Made by a program: the position numbers and the translations under genes. The notes under the pieces are model-generated. The model saw only the letters and a list, made by a program, of their open reading frames with translations. It did not search any database and had not been told where the DNA came from. Of a stretch of 64,000 nucleotides of DNA, positions 1 to 13,726 are shown piece after piece (the stretch's first letter is position 1; the number at the start of each line of letters is the position of its first letter). The stretch is from Octopus vulgaris (Eukaryota): NCBI GenBank assembly GCA_951406725.2, contig OX597823.1, positions 45,446,001-45,510,000 of the forward strand, in the 5' to 3' direction.

Positions 1-2774
1 AACAATGCCAGAGCAAACATTAGAGCTCAATGCTGTCCTCTGGCTGACTGGATTCTGTCAAACCAGTCAACCCAAATCTGCCTGAAATATGGGCATTAAA
101 TGATGATGATGATGATGATGATGATGATGTGCGCATGCCCTATTGGCCAGTACATAATCCTGCATCACCTCTCTAGAATATGGCTAGCCACAACAAACAC
201 AAAGCTTTGAGAGGCTCACTTATGGTCATTGGCATTGCAAGTGGCTATTTACAGAGTTAAAAGTAATCACAAGAGACAGCTCATAAATCATAGCCAGTCT
301 CCTCTCACCTCCAGCACCAAAAGGCAGCATCAAATAATCAATGAAATTAAATCAAATATGAATAATGCACCATCATCTAGGTGATTCTCCTGGCTATATG
401 CAAAATATTTCATCATAACCTAATACTTATACAAATAGATTCTTCTTTATTTTGCTCTACATTTATGTATGTGCCTATGTATGCTCTTGTGTATATATAT
501 ATATATATATATGCTTCTGTGTATGTGCTTCGCTGTGGGTATGTGTGTATGCTTTTCTGTGTTCATATGCTTCTGTGTGTGTATATGCTTTTGTGTGTAA
601 GTATGCTTGTATAAGTGTATGCCTCCGTGTGTGTGTGAGTGTTTGTGTGTGTGTGTGTATGTGTGTGTTGTGAGAGGTCTTCTTTCTCAATTGCTTTTCA
701 AAGTAGTTCAACCAGAAATAAGTTCCCTCTCTCTGTCTTTCTGTCATTCTTTCTTTCACTCTCTATCTCACTTTCTATCTGTCTGTCTGTCTCTTTCTCT
801 ATTCCTCTCGTTCTCCCTCCTGGTTATAATTTACCTACCTGTTGTAGTATATAGTTCTTGATCCAGCAGACCTATTGTCAGTCATAACATTCCCATGTTT
901 TTGTCAGGTATTGTGTATCTCAGACCACATCATACAAATATATACAATTTGCAGGCTTCTGCACAATTTCCATTTACCAAATTCACTCATTAGACATTGG
1001 TCAGCGTTGGGGTTATAGTAAAAGATACTTGCCCAAGATTTTGTACAGTGAGACTGGACCTAAATCTACTATCATTGATATGCTCAATCAACAATACCAC
1101 TTTTTCCTATATTTCTATACATGTTTCTTAACCTTAAAAATATGCTGTTGTAGACTCAAAGCTGAATTGCTAGACAGCTGTGCAGATGCCACTCTGAGAT
1201 CACTATAGTTTCATGTGACCAATCATCATCAAGCCATCACCCAATTCAAATTTCAAGAACCTTCTAAAGGATCTTATAAAAGGCAGATATTTTGACAGAA
1301 ATTTCAGAATACTGAGACAGTTTTAACAACTCCATTCTCATTTCTTCATTCTCCCATTCTCCAACTGTGCAGATTGGATGCACAGATTTGCCATCATGAA
1401 TTTAGCACAAAATCTCCCTAATTGTAATGGACTAGTCACAGGTCAACATGTTATATCTATTTTGTCATAGACCCCAGAGATTATCTTTCCCAGTGTTTAA
1501 GAATAACTATTTTTATTCTTCATTCAAAAACTAACACAAAAAAAAAAAACACTATATGCAGTAAATAATGCTTCTGTTAATTGCTTGTGAGTGTTGTTTA
1601 TCATTTTCCATACAGCCAACAAGCAAGCACAACCTCGAGAAAATGCTTTGTTGCCAAGATCTAACAAGATCAAAACTTGTCCACTGCTTTTAACATTTGA
1701 CTTTGAAAGCAAGATTCACCCACTGCATTCCCCTCCCCTCCATCTCCAACTTTCTGTTTTCACTCTAGCAAACGCACCTGCTCACTTATCCTTTCTAATC
1801 CTCAGTACCACTTCACATACATATAATTCACTGTAATTTGAGGGTACACTCCAGCATATCTTCTCTCTCTCCAGTTCCCTTTCCGAGTGGCCCACCCCTG
1901 TATCTCTTCTACAGTATGATACCTATAGGGTGTACAGTATGACACCCTACTTGGTGTTCTCACTAGTGCCAGTGCTACAAAAACATGCACCCAGTAATAT
2001 CTGTACAGTGGTTAGTGTTAGAAGGAAATCCAGTTGTAGAAACCATGCCAAAGCAAACAACAAAGCTTTCTACAACCTTCTGCCAGTTCCTGTCACACCG
2101 TTCAACCCATGCTTACAAGGAAAATGGACATGGAATGATGATGATGATCATTACCATCATCATTCATTCATTGGTTTAATGTTATTTTCTAAAATGGGAG
2201 TTGTCTCTGCTTTCTGCTTTTCAGTTTTAAACACCACAAGCGCAATTTTTTAAAACTTTCCAATTGTGTGGATCATATCATATACCTAAGCCTAGACACA
2301 CACCAAGCATTCCATTCATTTTCCAGATCAAAGAGATGAGCCCTGTCCTATGCTCGGGTCAAGGCATAGAATCCAACCCCCAATATCAGCAGTGGTTGAA
2401 TTCTGGCACTGTTAGCACACCAAACACTACAAGTTTGGGCAGTATCAGCTGGTTTGCCATTAGACACTGAAAACAGTTCAATGTAAAAGGTTGTGCATTG
2501 ATATTTTGTTCAGTGAATTTTGTGATTTTCTTAGCTGTGTGATTAGGCATTTTATTTAAATATTAATTAGTGTTGATCTTAACTGCTTTTACAGTTTCAG
2601 AAATACGTGCTTTTAGTTTAATTTTCAGTGATTATATACTGATTAATTACAAAATTGTACAATTAGGTTATCAAAAACTTTACTTCATTTTACAAACATT
2701 TTGTGGTAGCACACCCTATGACAACAACCACCACAAGCCACTGGAAACTGGATATGCTAGACTACCATTTCTCA

Positions 2775-3092
<318 letters not shown>

Positions 3093-3457
3093 TTATACAA
3101 CTGTATTTTGAAAATTTTATATTTTTACATGTATTTTATATATGATTTTATATATGATTTTACTAGTTTTACTCAGTTAGTGGCAACTATGCTAGGGTAC
3201 CATCATCAAATATTTTTGTTAGGGTACCATCATCATCATGCTAGGGTACCATCATCAAATATTTAACTTCTTTGTTACCATAGCTCATTGAGTTACAACA
3301 AATATATTACCTTTGTTTCAATGAAGTTTGAATATAATGCAGAATTTCTGTCACATAACTATCATTATTAAACATATGTTTGGAAAATAAATAAAATTTT
3401 CCAGAAAGGTATTAATTTAGATCCTTTTAAAACAGATAGTTTGCACCATAGAACCAG

Positions 3458-3788
3458 TGGAAGCACATGGCCTAGTGGTTAGAGCAGCAGATTCATGGTT
3501 GAGGGATCGTGGGTTCGAATCTCAGACAGGGCAATGTGTGTGTGTTTATGAGCGAAACACCTAAGCTCCATGTGGATCCGGCAGAAGGTAATGGCAAACT
3601 TCTGCTGACTCTTTCGTCATAAATTTCTCTCACTCTTTTCTCCTGCACCTTGCAGCTCACCTGCTATGGACCAGCGTCCTATCCAGGTGAGGAACCTATA
3701 CCCCAAGGAAACTGGGAAACCGGCTCTTATGAACTAGGCGTGGCTTCAGAAGGAACAAACAATTGTTCCTTCTAAAGGATGAAAAAAG
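3458..3788 (+). mobile_element. tRNA-derived SINE family D with 12-bp TSD
   Basis: A box TGGCCTAGTGG, B box GGTTCGAATCTC; TSD ccatagaaccag at 3446-3457 and 3789-3800; 3' hairpin agaaggaacaa-acaa-ttgttccttct. Confidence 0.85.
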
Positions 3789-5553
3789 CCATAGAACCAG
3801 GACTGCCTCAGGAAGTTTGTATCAGAAAGGTTAAGCACCTCCTTGGCAGGGAAATTGATTCCTAATCTCTCAAGTAATAGGAAGGGTATATGTACCCCTA
3901 TGTTAGTGAGAAATGGCTGATACTTCAACATTTATGAAATGTCCCGGCAATAAAAGTTTCAATATTCCAGACTGTTAATCTTATTTATCATGATACTGTA
4001 ATAAATGATTTTTCAATTGCCCCAATCTCCAATCACTTTTATGCACTCTGTTCTTAAACACACACACACACATCTAAATTAGTTTTTTTAATGCAAAACC
4101 TTTGTTATAGTAACAATGTTCTTAACTACTATGCCTCAAGCCATGAAAATATTTTTGGCTTCCTTTTAATTACCATTTGCACATTTTCCAGTTTGAATGG
4201 GGTTCATTTTTTCTTTAATATGATAATTTGCTAATGGATTGTCAGGTCATTATTTATAATTAAAGTCTTTATTTTCTCTTATTTATAGAAAAGTGAAAGA
4301 ATTGTTTTCTTACAACTATCTTTATTAAAGCTCTCTTTTACTCTTTTACTCTTTTACTTGTTTCAGTCATTTGGCTGCGGCCATGCTGGAGCACCACCTT
4401 TAGTCGAGCAAATTGACCCCAGAGCTTATTCTTTGTAAGCCTAGTACTTATTCTATCGGTCTCTTTTTGCTGAACTGCTAAGCTACGGGGACATAAACAC
4501 ATCAGCATCGGTTGTCAAGCATTGTTGGCAGGACAAACAGACACACAAACACATGTACGCACATACATATATATACATATATCTACCATCCTTATTAATA
4601 CTAATAATTAAATATATCTAACGTAGCAAGAATCGTTAGCACACTGGGCAAAATGCATAGTGGCATTTCATCTATCTTCATGTTCTGAGTTCAAATTTCT
4701 CCAAAGTCAGCTTTGCCTTTCATCCTTATGGAGTCGATAAAATAAGTTCCTGTTGAATACTGGGGTCAATATAACCGAGTTACCCCTCCCCTAAAATTGC
4801 TGGCCTTGTACCAAAATTTGAAACCAATAATTAAATGTTTCTAATTCTGGCACAAGACCAGCAGTTTGGTGAAGAAAGTGTTTAATCTATATCGTTAGCA
4901 CAAGTATTTGACTTCTTCTCATTTTATTGACCACTGAAGAATGAAAGACAAAGTTGATCTTCATGAAATATGACCTGAAACATGTGATACAATTTGTTTC
5001 TTCAGGTGCTCTCGCGATCGTACCAGTCTACCACTCTTGTTTCAGACAATTTATAAGTGCAGAACAACGACATTGTTGTAACGAAATCATGTTAACAAAT
5101 AAACTGTAACGATCGTTATTTGTTACCATTCTTCAGAGTAGTGAATAATGTTAAGCGCCAAAAAAAAAAAAAAATGTTGCTGTGCATTGACAACTGTTCT
5201 ACTACTGTGTAGATGTAGTGAAACATTTTAAAATTTTATAGAATACAAAATCAGCATGAAAATGCCTATACAGAGAAGTAAACAAAATGGTACAGATACA
5301 TGTTAAGCAATAGTTGACATTGACTCTATTGTAATGTAATTGTTTCAGTTACACAGATATCAGATGATAGAGTCACTGGCCAAACAAGTAAAATTCTGAA
5401 AGATGAATAGATAAATAAAATCTGCTATAAACAAAAAAACAAAACAATGAAAGAATGGAGAATGTTGGCCTCATATATGAAAGATACTAATGTCTTGCAA
5501 GCAGATTTGTTGAATCCATAGCAACAAACATTCAAAATACATTATTATTATTA

Positions 5554-5596
<43 letters not shown>

Positions 5597-5650
5597 TATT
5601 ATTATTATCATCATCATCATCATCATCATCATCATTATCATCATCATTAT

Positions 5651-6035
5651 TCAGTAGTCTTCTTTTTATCACGTGCTTTCACTTCGCTACCAAGCACAGC
5701 TCTGTGTGCCTTGGGTATGTGCTGTGGTTTGTTGTGATGCTCTTATTTTTACTGTATTGAAAGTGTTTTACTTAGGATGTGTGCGGTACCTTGTAGTGTT
5801 ATTTTCTGTATGTTATATATACTTGTTATTCCTAGTGATTTTGTTATGTATTTGTCTGAATATTTTTTTATCATACCTAATGCACTTGCCAGGATAGGAA
5901 TTGTTTCTGTTTTTAGGTTCCAGATTCAAGTTACCTCTATTTCCAGATCTTTGTATTTTGAAAGTTTCTCCGTTTCTTTTAGAGAAACATTGTCATCTGT
6001 TAGTATTGATACATCTATTAGAAAGCAGCTTTTTA
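5651..6035 (-). mobile_element. 5'-truncated R4/Dong-clade (RLE) LINE 3' end in (TAA/TGA)n
   Basis: LLIDVSILTDDNVSLKETEKLSKYKDLEIEV*...TIPILASALG...IQKITLQGTAHIL, then 3'UTR and (TAA)n; flanked by (ATT/ATC)n at 5541-5650 and 6040-6085. Confidence 0.8.
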
Positions 6036-6089
6036 TCCTCATCATCATCATCATCATCATTATTATTATTATTATCATTATAATCATTT

Positions 6090-8060
6090 TTCAACATTTG
6101 ATAGTTTCAGGTAAATTGCTACTGCATCATCTGTTACACCTCTGTGTTGTTGGGGTGTGTGCAGGATTGTGTGTTATTTTTGTCATTGAAAGTGTGCAAG
6201 CTCTTCCCAGTATTGTATTGCGTCAGTTTCTTTCTTTTTGGTGGGGGTGGGGTGGGGGTGGGGTGGGGGTAGGTTGAGTAATGCAATCTTTTGCTGTATT
6301 AGTATTTGTATTATGTGTCGTGTGTGTAATGTGTTGGGTATCCAGCTTGCTGGTGGTAGTTTATTTCATTGGATATTTGCTGTATAGATTGTGTCTTGTG
6401 TTTGTGGATTGTTTTGTTTAGATGGTATTATTATAATATTTTTGTATCATTATAATATTTTTGTATCATTATAATATTTTTGGATAGTGTGTAGTGTTGA
6501 GGATCCAGCTGTAGCTTCTACATTTTTATCATACTCACTGCTTCAATTATTACTGGTATTGTGTTCAACTTCATGCCTCTTTTCTTGAATACTTCAGTTT
6601 TGAAGTCTTTGTATTTTGACAGTTTCTCAACTTCTTTTTGGGCAATCTTTTGGTTAGAAGGGAGTGCAATGTCTATCAGTGAGCAGGTGCTTTTATTTTA
6701 CATCCTAGATTATTATGTCTGGGAAATTAGCTTTCATTCCTTTGTCGGTTTGAACAGACATTTCCCATATGATTGTCGCCTGGCTGTTGTCTTGTAACTT
6801 GTTTGGCACACATTTATAACATTTATTGTTAGTTTTTATGCTGTAGTGCTGGCATATTGTCCAGTGGATATAACTACTTACTCGATCATGTCTGTATATA
6901 TATTCAAATTTGGCAAGGAGTGGACAACCTGAGATGATGTAGTCAGCTGTCTTATTGTGCTGGTTGCATATTCTGCATTTGGTGATAGGGCTTGTTTTCA
7001 TTATTTTGCTGTTATAGTTATTTGTGGTCAGGAATTGGTCTTGTGCGGCAGGAATCAGTCTTTCTGTTTCAGTTTTTATTATTGAGCTTTTGAGCCATTG
7101 TTGGCTTTTACTTAGGGTCACTTCTTCTCTGCAGGATATTGGCCATGGAGTGATTTTTCTCTTCAATTCTTCTTTACTGTTTCCATGTTGTGTTTTGTCT
7201 CTTTGACCATTTCTGCTATGTTGTCATTTGAGGTCAATGTGTCACTGTAGTTTGTATCTCTTTTGTTTTTTGTCACCTCCGTGTGTACAGAGAAAAGCAT
7301 TTTCTTTTTTACAATGTTATTTTATTACATGTAGTAATCTTCCACTTTTGCTTCTAAGTACTTTTCTAGTCCAACTGTTGTCATTTTATCATAGTTCTCT
7401 ATCTGAATCAGGCCAAGACCTCCATCTGAGTGGGGTAGATATATTCAGTCTGCATATGCCTTGGGGTGTTGACTTCAGTACACTGTTAATAGTTTTCTGG
7501 GTTTTTCTGTCTAAGCTTCTGAATTCACTGATCTTCCAGTTTATTATGTTGTAGCTGTGATTACTGACTGGTATGGCTAACATGTTTATCAGTTGATTCA
7601 GTCCTTGAAGAAAATCAAGCTGTCCATTACCCAGCAGAGTTCCTTAATTGTCTTGAGCCACCTGGAACTCCTCCACATAAACTTTTTCTGAAGATATGCA
7701 TCTAAGAAATTTAGATCCCCCTAAATTATGCAATGGGACAAGGTTGATGGTGAAGACGTTACCACCTAATGTGATAAGAGCTACCATCATGGTCAACAAA
7801 TCACCCCAGGGACAATTCACTGATCTTCCAGTTTATTATGTTGAAGCTATAATTAATGACTGGTATGGCTAGCATGTTTATCCCCATTATCTTATTTTTA
7901 GCACTGAGTTCAGTGTTTAACATCTTCTGTAATACTCTCTCCTAATTTTCTCTTTCATTTCTGTGTGTTGTATTTTAGCTGTTTTGTCTATTCCTGGATA
8001 TTTGTTTGTGCGATTGTGGTCTAATTCTCTGATTTCTCTGTCTATGCCGAGTGCAGGACT
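6090..8060 (-). mobile_element. Decayed R4/Dong-clade LINE (RT C-terminus, CCHC knuckle, RLE endonuclease, 3'UTR)
   Basis: KTETERLIPAAQDQ...CRICNQ...IISGCPLLAKFEYIYRHDRV...IHW...IIWEMSVQTD...ANFPDII; also INMLAIPV..YNIINW at ~7540-7590. Confidence 0.85.
7591..7813 (+). mobile_element. Helitron-type Pif1 helicase fragment inserted in the LINE
   Basis: VDSVLEENQAVHYPAEFLNCLEPPGTPPHKLFLKI / frameshift / LRNLDPPKLCNGTRLMVKTLPPNVIRATIM; flanked by a 69-bp direct repeat (7522-7590, 7814-7882). Confidence 0.85.
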
Positions 8061-8235
8061 TCTTTCTTTTAAGCCTAGTACTAACTTATTCTATCGGTTC
8101 CCTTTGCTGAACTGATAAGTTACAAGGATGTAAGCACACCAACACTAGTTGTCAAGTGGTGGTGGTGGTGGATGACATAAACACATAGATATATACATAT
8201 ACATATATATATATGCATGTATATATATATGCACA

Positions 8236-8271
<36 letters not shown>

Positions 8272-9624
8272 TTATGTATGTATGTATGTATACTATGGGC
8301 TTCTTTTAGTTTCTGCCTACCAAATGCACTCACAAATCTTTGGTCAGCCCAAGGCTGTAGTGGAAGATACTTGCCCAAGGTGTCACACAGTAGGACTGAA
8401 CCTAGAATAATTTCAATTTATTTTATAAGAAAATAAAGTAAAACAAAGGTAGCATTTTCTTCAGTTACAAAATTAAATTATTAATAAACACATTGTATCC
8501 TGTCAAACTCTCCAATCCATGCCAGCATGGAAGACAGACATCTCACTCACACATATACACACACACACACATACACACACACACACACACACATGCACTC
8601 ACACATACACACATGAGTGCTTTTATGTGGCACATAAACACACACACATACACACGCACATGCACACACACACACACACATGCACTCCCTCTCTCTCTCT
8701 CTCTCTCTCACACAAGCACACACTATAACCATCATGCAAAAGTACCAGAAAAAGGCTGGAAATTATCTAAAAGCAGATCAACAAAGCCATGGTTTATGTG
8801 GTTGACTTCAGTAAGAATGCTATCTCTCTGAAAATTTACCTAATTTCAAAAATAAAATTGGCAGACAGATTGAAATAAAGTCATCTCTGAAGAATAATAA
8901 TTCAGCAAATAATTATGGCTTGAGAATCTTTTGGCATTTGTAGTTCTCATCTAAAATAATCTGTTTTCTTGGGTTTCAAATTATGCAACAATACAAAGAA
9001 TAACGGTTTTCTTTTTTTTTTTCATTTTTTTTTTTCTTGATGCCTTTCTGAATTAGATATTTGGTAAAATTCCAATAAAATTGTGAAGAATTTAAAATAT
9101 GAACAGAAAAGGAAGAACAATTATGGGGAGCAAAAATGTAATGCCAGTTATCTTAGAATCAATCATTGGCCTTATATCAATCGAGTAAGATATAGATGCC
9201 TTTTGAAGACCCATGGCCATTGTAGTAAAATAAAAATAAAAATTACTGCAGAGTTAGATGCTGCCAATTGGGATGGCACAATAATAATTTATGTAATTAC
9301 ATATTGAGAGAAAAACTGGCATTGGTGAAGGATCTAAATCATTCACAGTTTAAATATGTATTTGGAAGCTGGTTCATAAGCACTTTAACTTTCCCTTTTT
9401 ATTTCCTTATTTTCTTTTTAAATGTATTTGTTTTCTGTTCTTTATCTGTTGATTATTCCTAACCTCTGCCATTTACCTTTTTCTCTCTTACTTTTCATCT
9501 CACACATTCTTGTTTTCACCTTAGTGACAAAATCGTTTGGTCAGCTTATTACAAATTTCCCTCAAATCATCATCATTGTCTTCATCATCGTCGTCATCAT
9601 CATTGTAATGACAATAATCATTAC

Positions 9625-10180
9625 TCTCATTGGCACAAGGCCAGCAATTTTTAGAATAGGGGATTAGTTGATTACATCAACTCCAGAAACGTTAGCATGC
9701 CGGACGAAATGCTTAACGGTATTTCGTCTGCCGCTATGTTCTGAGTTCAAATTCTGCCAAGGTCGACTTTGCCTTTCATCCTTTCGGGGTCGATTAAATA
9801 AGTACCAGTTACACACTGGAGTCGATATAATCGGCTTAATCCGTTTGTCTGTCCTTGTTTGTCCTCTCTGTGTTTAACCCCTTGTGGGTAGTAAAGAAAT
9901 AGGTATTTTGTCTGCCGCTACGTTCTGAGTTCAAATTCCGCTGAGGTTGACTTTGCCTTTCATCCTTTCAGGGTCAACGAATTAAGTACCAGTTGTGTAC
10001 TGGGGTCAATCTAATCGACTGGTCCCCTCCCCAAAAGTTTCGGGCCTATTTTACCAACAACAGAGGAATGAAAGGCAAAGTTGACCATAGTGGAATTTGA
10101 ATGCTGGATGTAAATAGCTACAAAAATATTACAAGACACTTTTGTCCCACGACTTAATGATTATGCCAATTCACCTCATC
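9625..10180. mobile_element. SINE-B dimer (+, 9684-10047) inserted in an older - SINE-B
   Basis: Minus 3' part 9625-9683 and minus 5' part 10048-10180 flank two + units. Confidence 0.7.
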
Positions 10181-10233
10181 AACGATAATAATAATCACGA
10201 TGATGATGATGATGATGGTGGTGGTGGCCTTGA

Positions 10234-10795
10234 TGCTGTATCAGGCAGTGGCTCTCATGGCTTCTGATCTTAACTGATTGGAAGTGTTCTAATTTACATT
10301 GTTTTGTCTTGGTGTAAAGGATGGGTTACAGCAAATCTTCTGCTCAATACCACAGATTTGCTAGTCCGTTGTTTGACCTTAACCAGTTGAGCATGTCTCT
10401 TAGTGGCTGATGATATGTGCATCTCTGATCATGAGCAGCAGTAGTGGGGGAGCACCATAGCCTCATGTTGAGAGGAATTCTTTGGGGTTTGGATAATTCA
10501 CCTCTGGAAACATAGGGTGTTTCGTTCAACACCCTTAAACAACCCTTATTCAGGGAACTTTTGAGTGGGATGGCCTACTCAACCTGAAGAAAATTCTAAC
10601 TGGGCCCCACATGCAAGGTCATGCGTTGTTTATCTTGATATGAGATCATCACATCACGCACATATGGTTGTGATGCATGTGCCTGGTGTACCTTTATCAG
10701 ACGGGTAGTCATGATGGGTATACTGGGCTCCATATATTCTACCTCAGTGTCACTTTGATAACAGACACTGCTCTCTCACTCAATGATAATAATGG
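10234..10795 (+). mobile_element. ~560-bp interspersed repeat with (AAT)n tail; second copy ~27875-28385 (-)
   Basis: Shared ctcatggcttct...ttggaagtgtt...caataccacagatttg...gtgcatctctgatca...ctgggccccac...ctgctctctc, ending in (aat)n. Confidence 0.75.
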
Positions 10796-11622
10796 TTTAT
10801 GATTCTGGTACAGGCAAGCAATTTTGAGTTAATGATGGATTAATTGATTCCACAACACTTGTACTCATCAAGACACCCCATGTTGAATTGCAAAATTTTA
10901 ATGTGATATTTGTGTAATAATGAAATCAAACTTGGAGTGTGTGTAATTGTGTGTGAGAGAGAGAGAGAGAGAGAAGGAGAGAGAGAGGGGAGGGAGATCA
11001 TTGCTAACAATGAATGTAATAAGCATGAAATGAAAAAAATCATATAAACAAAAGCACGTTAAAAACTATTTTGTGCCAAATATTTAAATTTGTGAACTTA
11101 GCAAATATTTCTTTCAGTAATTTATCATAGTTGTTTACAAATAGCGAATTAAAATTTGAAATGTAAACATTAAAATAGAGAGAGAGAGAGATTTTGTCAT
11201 TGCTACATGAATATTGGAAGTTGACATTGAGAAACCTTTTTAAAGAAGTGACTCATATATACAAAGCAATATTATTTATTTTTAATAAAAGATTAAACTG
11301 ATGACATTATAATGTATCCAAGGTCAAATTATCCATGCATCACAAGTATGGAAGCAATTTGCGCAGCCGTTTTCACATGAAAATGAAACACACACACACA
11401 GGTCTATCTTATAATATATATATATATATATATTCTTTAATTTGTCTCAGTCATTTGACTGTTGCCATGCTGGAGCACTGCCTTTAGTCAAACTGCTAAG
11501 TTACAGGGATGTAAACACACCAGCATCGGTTGTCAAGCAATGGTGGGGGGACAAACACAGACACACAAACACACACACACGCACATATAGATATATACAT
11601 ACATACATATATATACATATAT

Positions 11623-11685
<63 letters not shown>

Positions 11686-11998
11686 CATACATATATATAC
11701 ATGTATATACACACACACATGTTTTAATGCTTGTTTTCATATTAATCTAATGGGTTACTCCATACTTTTTGTAGAGTACAAATTTATTATTGTTAAGTTC
11801 AACGATAGCTTAATATACATGAGTATAACCATGTATATAAACATTTATATGAAAGTGCCGCCCTCATCAGATTGCATAAATTTAACATAGGCTCTAAGCC
11901 ACTATCTCAAAACTAGGTGTTCAGTCTTTTAGGGTTATGTGGGGTGAGACAGGCAAATAAAGCTCAGTTCTATCTTCCAAGTTATGGTGACCAACATT

Positions 11999-12376
11999 GG
12001 CACGGAGTGGTTGTGTGGTAAGTAGCTTGCTTATGAACCACATGGTTCTGGGTTCAGTCATACTGCATGGCACCTTGGGTAAGTGTCTTCTACTATAGCC
12101 TCGGGCTGACCAAAGCCTTGTGAGTGGATTTGGTAGATGGAAACTGAAAGAAGCCTGTCGTATATATGTATGTATGTGTGCTTGTGTTTGTCCCACCAAC
12201 ATTGCTTGACAACTGATGCTGGTGTGTTTACATCCCCGTTACTTAGCGGTTCAGAAAAAGAGACTGATAGAATAGGCTTACAAAGAATAAGACCTGGGGT
12301 CGATTTGCTCAACTAAAAGGTGGTGCTCCAGTATGACCACAGTCAAATGACTGAAACAAGTAAAAGAGTAAAAGAG
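11999..12376 (+). mobile_element. SINE family A, full length
   Basis: Same head, body and tail as 26040-26438. Confidence 0.88.
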
Positions 12377-13272
12377 AGTAACAAAACATCACTGGACTCT
12401 TCCTTTGAGAACAACATATGAACTGGAAATTATTCAATCAAACAGCCTATTCATAGATTATCATATAAAATCATTGGGTATTCTTTACACATGACACAAG
12501 TCAAATAACAAAGATACAGAAGCCTTGAATGAAAGAAAGGTTTCTCTGCAAGTTTTGTTTACCCAGTTTCACTCAAAGATTTTCAGTTGCCCTAAAATTC
12601 CACCGTGCAATCAAACCCAACATTTCATGTTTTCAAAACAAATATTCTCCTCACTTGTCCATGCCTGGACTGTGCGAATTCATGGATGCATGCATATCTG
12701 TCAGTATCTGTCTCTATTTGTATATAAGTATATATGTGTATATCTGTCTCTATCTGTATACAAGTATATATATGCATATACACATCTATGTGTATGTATT
12801 TACATTCAAACATATGTACACTGTCATCTTAAAATATGGGCACCCTGGGCAGTTTTCTGAGGGAATTCCACATGCCTAAGGGCCAAATGCTAATCTATGC
12901 ATGTTGTGATTATGTATGTAGGGGCTTCAGTGCATTATTTTGACTGAGGGTGGGGCAATGGGTGGCCAAGAATACTGTTAACATACCCCGTATACGTATA
13001 GATTTACACAGATGCCCCTTTGTTTCATTTCCTTAATCTCTCACTTTCCCTCTATACACACACAAGACAGGCACAAAGTCACAAAGATTGCTTCCCAACC
13101 ACATGATTTCAGCTTCTATCTTACTGCATGACACATTGAACAAAGGTCTTCCACTTCCACTATAGCACAGGGCCAACCAAATCCTTGTGAGTGGAAAAGA
13201 AGCCTGCTTTATGTATATGTATATACAACAAGAAATATTTTGTATATGCATATATATATATATATATATTTC

Positions 13273-13432
13273 AAAATGTGACCGCGTGTGTACTGTTGGC
13301 GATATTTTTTCCGCCGTTTTCCCTTCTTTGGATCTTTCCTTTTCCTATGTTTCTAACGAAGAGCTCCGCTCAAAACGTTAAACCTTCCTCACGTTGTTGT
13401 GTTTTCTCTTTGTGTTTTCATTTTTGGATTAA
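13273..13432 (+). mobile_element. Short hammerhead-bearing repeat in (TA)n; second copy at ~20822-20960 (-)
   Basis: Shared aaaatgtgaccgcgtgtgtac(t/c)gttgg...ccttttcctatgtttctRAYGAAGAGCTCC; both copies are flanked on both sides by (TA)n. Confidence 0.75.
13349..13383 (+). ncRNA. Degenerate minimal hammerhead motif (same family as 20846)
   Basis: GTTT CTaACGA A GAGC TCC GCTC aAAA CG TT AAAC; perfect helices I and II, two G to A core changes. Confidence 0.55.
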
Positions 13433-13678
13433 CTATATATATATACATATATATATATATACATTGTGTATAGACTCGATATTTGGAATGACCAATTTTA
13501 AATACTGTTGGATTTTACTCATAAAGTATTGGAATCTTACATGTATAGCATTTTGCCTAAGAAACGGATCTACAAATTCAATGTCCCTACACATCTCACA
13601 TCTATTTTCTTTCCTCCATTTCACTCTCTATTTTGTATCCTACCTAAATTAACTATTACTTAACTATTCTCTCACACC

Positions 13679-13726
13679 GTCTCCGATGAAGGGATATAAT
13701 AAATATACTTGAAACAGCTGTAAGAC
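13679..13726 (+). ncRNA. Minimal hammerhead-like motif, CCGATGA core variant
   Basis: GTCT CCGATGA AGGGATAT AATAA ATATACTT GAAA CAGCTG TA AGAC; helix I GTCT/AGAC, 8-bp helix II with one mismatch, palindromic helix III CAGCTG. Confidence 0.6.

Noticed and set aside
381-861. ORFs rich in YI/CV/HT repeats here and throughout the ORF track
   Set aside because: Translations of (TA)n, (TG)n and (CA)n microsatellites and SINEs; no protein signal.
3458-3530. tRNA genes at SINE heads (also ~23200-23268, ~59640-59715)
   Set aside because: A/B boxes are present but the sequences run into SINE bodies and I could not fold a clean cloverleaf.
6239-6270. G-quadruplex-capable (GGGGT)n run
   Set aside because: Simple repeat within a LINE 3'UTR remnant; no evidence of function.
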